From positions 186,001 to 250,000 of the forward strand of contig NIVC01000330.1 of NCBI GenBank assembly GCA_002269645.1: 64,000 nt of DNA. The letters are read 5' to 3'. Made by a program: the position numbers and the translations under genes. This DNA is from Macrostomum lignano. Taxonomy: Eukaryota. Of the stretch, positions 60,245 through 64,000 are shown one piece after another (position 1 is the first letter of the stretch; the number at the start of each line of letters is the position of its first letter). The notes under the pieces are model-generated. The model did no database searches. It was not told where the DNA came from and worked only from the letters and a program-made list of their open reading frames with translations.

Positions 60245-60273
60245 GTGAGTTTCTGGGGAGTGGGACGTGGGAG

Positions 60274-63200
60274 AGTATAGTAGGGAGAGTGGAGTAGGGA
60301 GAGTAGGGAGAGTGGAGTAGGGAGATTGGAGTAGGGAGAGTGGAGTAGGGAGAGTGGAGTAGGGAGAGTGGAGTAGGGGGTAGAGAGCAGGGCAGGCAGG
60401 CAGAGTAGGGAGAGTGGAGTAGGGGGTAGAGAGCAGGGCAGGCAGGCAGAGTAGGGAGAGTGGAGTAGGGGGTAGAGAGCAGGGCAGGCAGGCAGAGTAG
60501 GGAGAGTGGAGTGGGGGGTAGAGAGCAGGGCAGGCAGGCAGAGTAGGGAGAGTGGAGTAGAGAGAGTGGAGTAGGGGGTAGAGAGCAGGGCAGGCAGGCA
60601 GAGTAGGGAGAGTGGAGTAGGGGGTAGAGAGCAGGGCAGGCAGGCAGAGTAGAGAGAGTGGAGTAGAGAGAGTGGAGTAGGGGGTAGAGAGCAGGGCAGG
60701 CAGGCAGAGTAGAGAGAGTGGAGTAGGGGGTAGAGAGCAGGGCAGGCAGGCAGAGTAGAGAGAGTGGAGTAGGGGGTAGAGAGCAGGGCAGGCAGGCAGA
60801 GTAGGGAGAGTGGAGTAGGGGGTAGAGAGCAGGGCAGGCAGGCAGAGTAGAGAGAGTGGAGTAGAGAGAGTGGAGTAGGGGGTAGAGAGCAGGGCAGGCA
60901 GGCAGAGTAGAGAGAGTGGAGTAGGGGGTAGAGAGCAGGGCAGGCAGGCAGAGTAGAGAGAGTGGAGTAGGGGGTAGAGAGCAGGGCAGGCAGGCAGAGT
61001 AGGGAGAGTGGAGTAGGGGGTAGAGAGCAGGGCAGGCAGGCAGAGTAGGGAGAGTGGAGTAGGGGGTAGAGAGCAGGGCAGGCAGGCAGAGTAGAGAGAG
61101 TGGAGTAGAGAGAGTGGAGTAGGGGGTAGAGAGCAGGGCAGGCAGGCAGAGTAGAGAGAGTGGAGTAGAGAGAGTGGAGTAGGGGGTAGAGAGCAGGGCA
61201 GGCAGGCAGAGTAGAGAGAGTGGAGTAGGGGGTAGAGAGCAGGGCAGGCAGGCAGAGTAGAGAGAGTGGAGTAGGGGGTAGAGAGCAGGGCAGGCAGGCA
61301 GAGTAGAGAGAGTGGAGTAGGGGGTAGAGAGCAGGGCAGGCAGGCAGAGTAGGGAGAGTGGAGTAGGGGGTAGAGAGCAGGGCAGGCAGGCAGAGTAGAG
61401 AGAGTGGAGTAGGGGGTAGAGAGCAGGGCAGGCAGGCAGAGTAGAGAGAGTGGAGTAGAGAGAGTGGAGTAGGGGGTAGAGAGCAGGGCAGGCAGGCAGA
61501 GTAGAGAGAGTGGAGTAGGGGGTAGAGAGCAGGGCAGGCAGGCAGAGTAGAGAGAGTGGAGTAGGGGGTAGAGAGCAGGGCAGGCAGGCAGAGTAGAGAG
61601 AGTGGAGTAGGGGGTAGAGAGCAGGGCAGGCAGGCAGAGTAGGGAGAGTGGAGTAGGGGGTAGAGAGCAGGGCAGGCAGGCAGAGTAGAGAGAGTGGAGT
61701 AGGGGGTAGAGAGCAGGGCAGGCAGGCAGAGTAGAGAGAGTGGAGTAGAGAGAGTGGAGTAGGGGGTAGAGAGCAGGGCAGGCAGGCAGAGTAGAGAGAG
61801 TGGAGTAGGGGGTAGAGAGCAGGGCAGGCAGGCAGAGTAGGGAGAGTGGAGTAGGGGGTAGAGAGCAGGGCAGGCAGGCAGAGTAGGGAGAGTGGAGTAG
61901 GGGGTAGAGAGCAGGGCAGGCAGGCAGAGTAGAGAGAGTGGAGTAGGGGGTAGAGAGCAGGGCAGGCAGGCAGAGTAGAGAGAGTGGAGTAGGGAGAGTG
62001 GAGTAGGGGGTAGAGAGCAGGGCAGGCAGGCAGAGTAGGGAGAGTGGAGTAGGGGGTAGAGAGCAGGGCAGGCAGGCAGAGTAGAGAGAGTGGAGTAGGG
62101 GGTAGAGAGCAGGGCAGGCAGGCAGAGTAGAGAGAGTGGAGTAGGGGGTAGAGAGCAGGGCAGGCAGGCAGAGTAGAGAGAGTGGAGTAGGGGGTAGAGA
62201 GCAGGGCAGGCAGGCAGAGTAGGGAGAGTGGAGTAGAGAGAGTGGAGTAGGGGGTAGAGAGCAGGGCAGGCAGGCAGAGTAGAGAGAGTGGAGTAGAGAG
62301 AGTGGAGTAGGGGGTAGAGAGCAGGGCAGGCAGGCAGAGTAGAGAGAGTGGAGTAGGGGTAGAGAGCAGGGCAGGCAGGCAGAGTAGAGAGAGTGGAGTA
62401 GAGAGAGTGGAGTAGGGGGTAGAGAGCAGGGCAGGCAGGCAGAGTAGAGAGAGTGGAGTAGGGGGTAGAGAGCAGGGCAGGCAGGCAGAGTAGAGAGAGT
62501 GGAGTAGGGGGTAGAGAGCAGGGCAGGCAGGCAGAGTAGGGAGAGTGGAGTAGGGGTAGAGAGCAGGGCAGGCAGGCAGAGTAGGGAGAGTGGAGTAGGG
62601 GGTAGAGAGCAGGGCAGGCAGGCAGAGTAGGGAGAGTGGAGTAGAGAGAGTGGAGTAGGGGGTAGAGAGCAGGGCAGGCAGGCAGAGTAGAGAGAGTGGA
62701 GTAGAGAGAGTGGAGTAGGGGGTAGAGAGCAGGGCAGGCAGGCAGAGTAGAGAGAGTGGAGTAGAGAGAGTGGAGTAGGGGGTAGAGAGCAGGGCAGGCA
62801 GGCAGAGTAGGGAGAGTGGAGTAGGGGGTAGAGAGCAGGGCAGGCAGGCAGAGTAGGGAGAGTGGAGTAGAGAGAGTGGAGTAGGGGTAGAGAGCAGGGC
62901 AGGCAGGCAGAGTAGGGAGAGTGGAGTAGGGGGTAGAGAGCAGGGCAGGCAGGCAGAGTAGGGAGAGTGGAGTAGGGGGTAGAGAGCAGGGCAGGCAGGC
63001 AGAGTAGAGAGAGTGGAGTAGGGGTAGAGAGCAGGGCAGGCAGGCAGAGTAGGGAGAGTGGAGTAGGGGTAGAGAGCAGGGCAGGCAGGCAGAGTAGGGA
63101 GAGTGGAGTAGGGGGTAGAGAGCAGGGCAGGCAGGCAGAGTAGAGAGAGTGGAGTAGGGGGTAGAGAGCAGGGCAGGCAGGCAGAGTAGGGAGAGTGGAG

Positions 63201-63281
63201 TAGGGGGTAGAGAGCAGGGCAGGCAGGCAGAGTAGGGAGAGTGGAGTAGGGGGTAGAGAGCAGGGCAGGCAGGCAGAGTAG
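60274..63281. repeat. 46-bp (+/-14 bp) purine/G-rich minisatellite in ephrin intron 1
   Basis: GAGTAGGGGGTAGAGAGCAGGGCAGGCAGGCAGAGTAGGGAGAGTG; about 3 kb; source of the 1043-aa artefact ORF. Confidence 0.96.
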
Positions 63282-64000
63282 ACGGCAGTTGAGTTAGAGA
63301 ACAGTGGCTAGATGCACAGACAAGACAGAGATCACACAGCCGCACAAGTTTTTAAAGCCAGTACAGCAGAACAGCAAGGCTTATTTGACCAAACAATGCT
63401 CGAGTGCAGACTGAAGCGTAACCGGACGAGAGCTTACACAAAATGGATTCGGCGAGGCTTGTGACTCAAAACTTAGCAGTGGAGGGAGTGGGAAGGGAAG
63501 AGAGGGCAGCGCAGAGCAACTGAGTCAATAGGGGAGGCGGCTGTCTATTGCAAGAAGATGGCCAATTGTTTGGCGGGCTTGTTGATGAAGCTGGCAACAC
63601 TGGCGGAGGGGACCCTGACTTGGCCTGCTTAAATAAAGATATATGCTGCAATACAGCCACAGTGAATTATTAGCATAGGGCCAGCTCTCTGAACAAACGC
63701 AAAAGCCAACAGATAAAAAACACACAAAAGCAACAAGCGTCCGGGGGGGGGGCTCTTTGTCCGAAAGCAGACTCTTGTTCGGCTTCTGTCTCTGGCTTGC
63801 TTTTTTGCCGTGTTTCGTGTCTTGCCAGAACTGCGGCTGTAGGGTCGGCTTGCGGCCTGATTAAACAATGCAAAAGCGGGATTTCTCAGTTCTCGGAGAA
63901 AGAAAAAAAACTAGAATGAGCTGCTTTCTACGGGAGCGGAAGACGACAGTGAAAGCAGAGCTTGTTGTAGCATAGAAAATATTGTAATGCCGAGTTGGTT

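Noticed and set aside
60214-63345. 1043-aa minus-strand ORF (LPACPALYP repeats)
   Set aside because: Antisense translation of the 46-bp array in ephrin intron 1; no domain and no splice context.

Overview
Eukaryotic, intron-containing animal DNA. It is most likely from a free-living flatworm of the Macrostomum type; this is inferred from a lophotrochozoan-type GluCl, GC-rich codons, ...ccgcag acceptors and minisatellite-filled introns, and cannot be proven here. By joining GT-AG exons in phase I reconstructed five complete multi-exon genes and the first exon of a sixth: (1) an 11-exon Cys-loop anion channel, probably a glutamate-gated chloride channel (+, 3810-15432); (2) a PPEF/rdgC EF-hand Ser/Thr phosphatase (+, 23592-26907), with a possible upstream first exon at 19366; (3) an uncharacterised MGC-acylated protein with a divergent CAP/SCP-like domain and two perfect RFX X-boxes (+, 33765-36687); (4) a 9-exon PH+ORD oxysterol-binding-protein relative of the ORP9/10/11 class (-, 52024-38481); (5) an ODF3/SHIPPO-repeat axonemal protein (+, 56159-57595); (6) ephrin exon 1 (+, 60120-60244), which the ORF track misses. 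Roughly 40% of the window is tandem repeat, and most long ORFs in the track are artefacts of these arrays. The most striking pattern is that 18 of the 26 introns carry their own private array, and several arrays are seeded on or next to splice sites. One array copies a donor site 25 extra times; another contains no stop codon in any frame and could be exonised in frame. Non-autonomous Tc1/mariner, hAT(Charlie)-like and MULE-like elements are also recognisable. No rRNA, tRNA or CRISPR array was seen. Coordinates were counted by hand: exon boundaries should be exact or within a base or two, repeat boundaries within about 10-20 nt.
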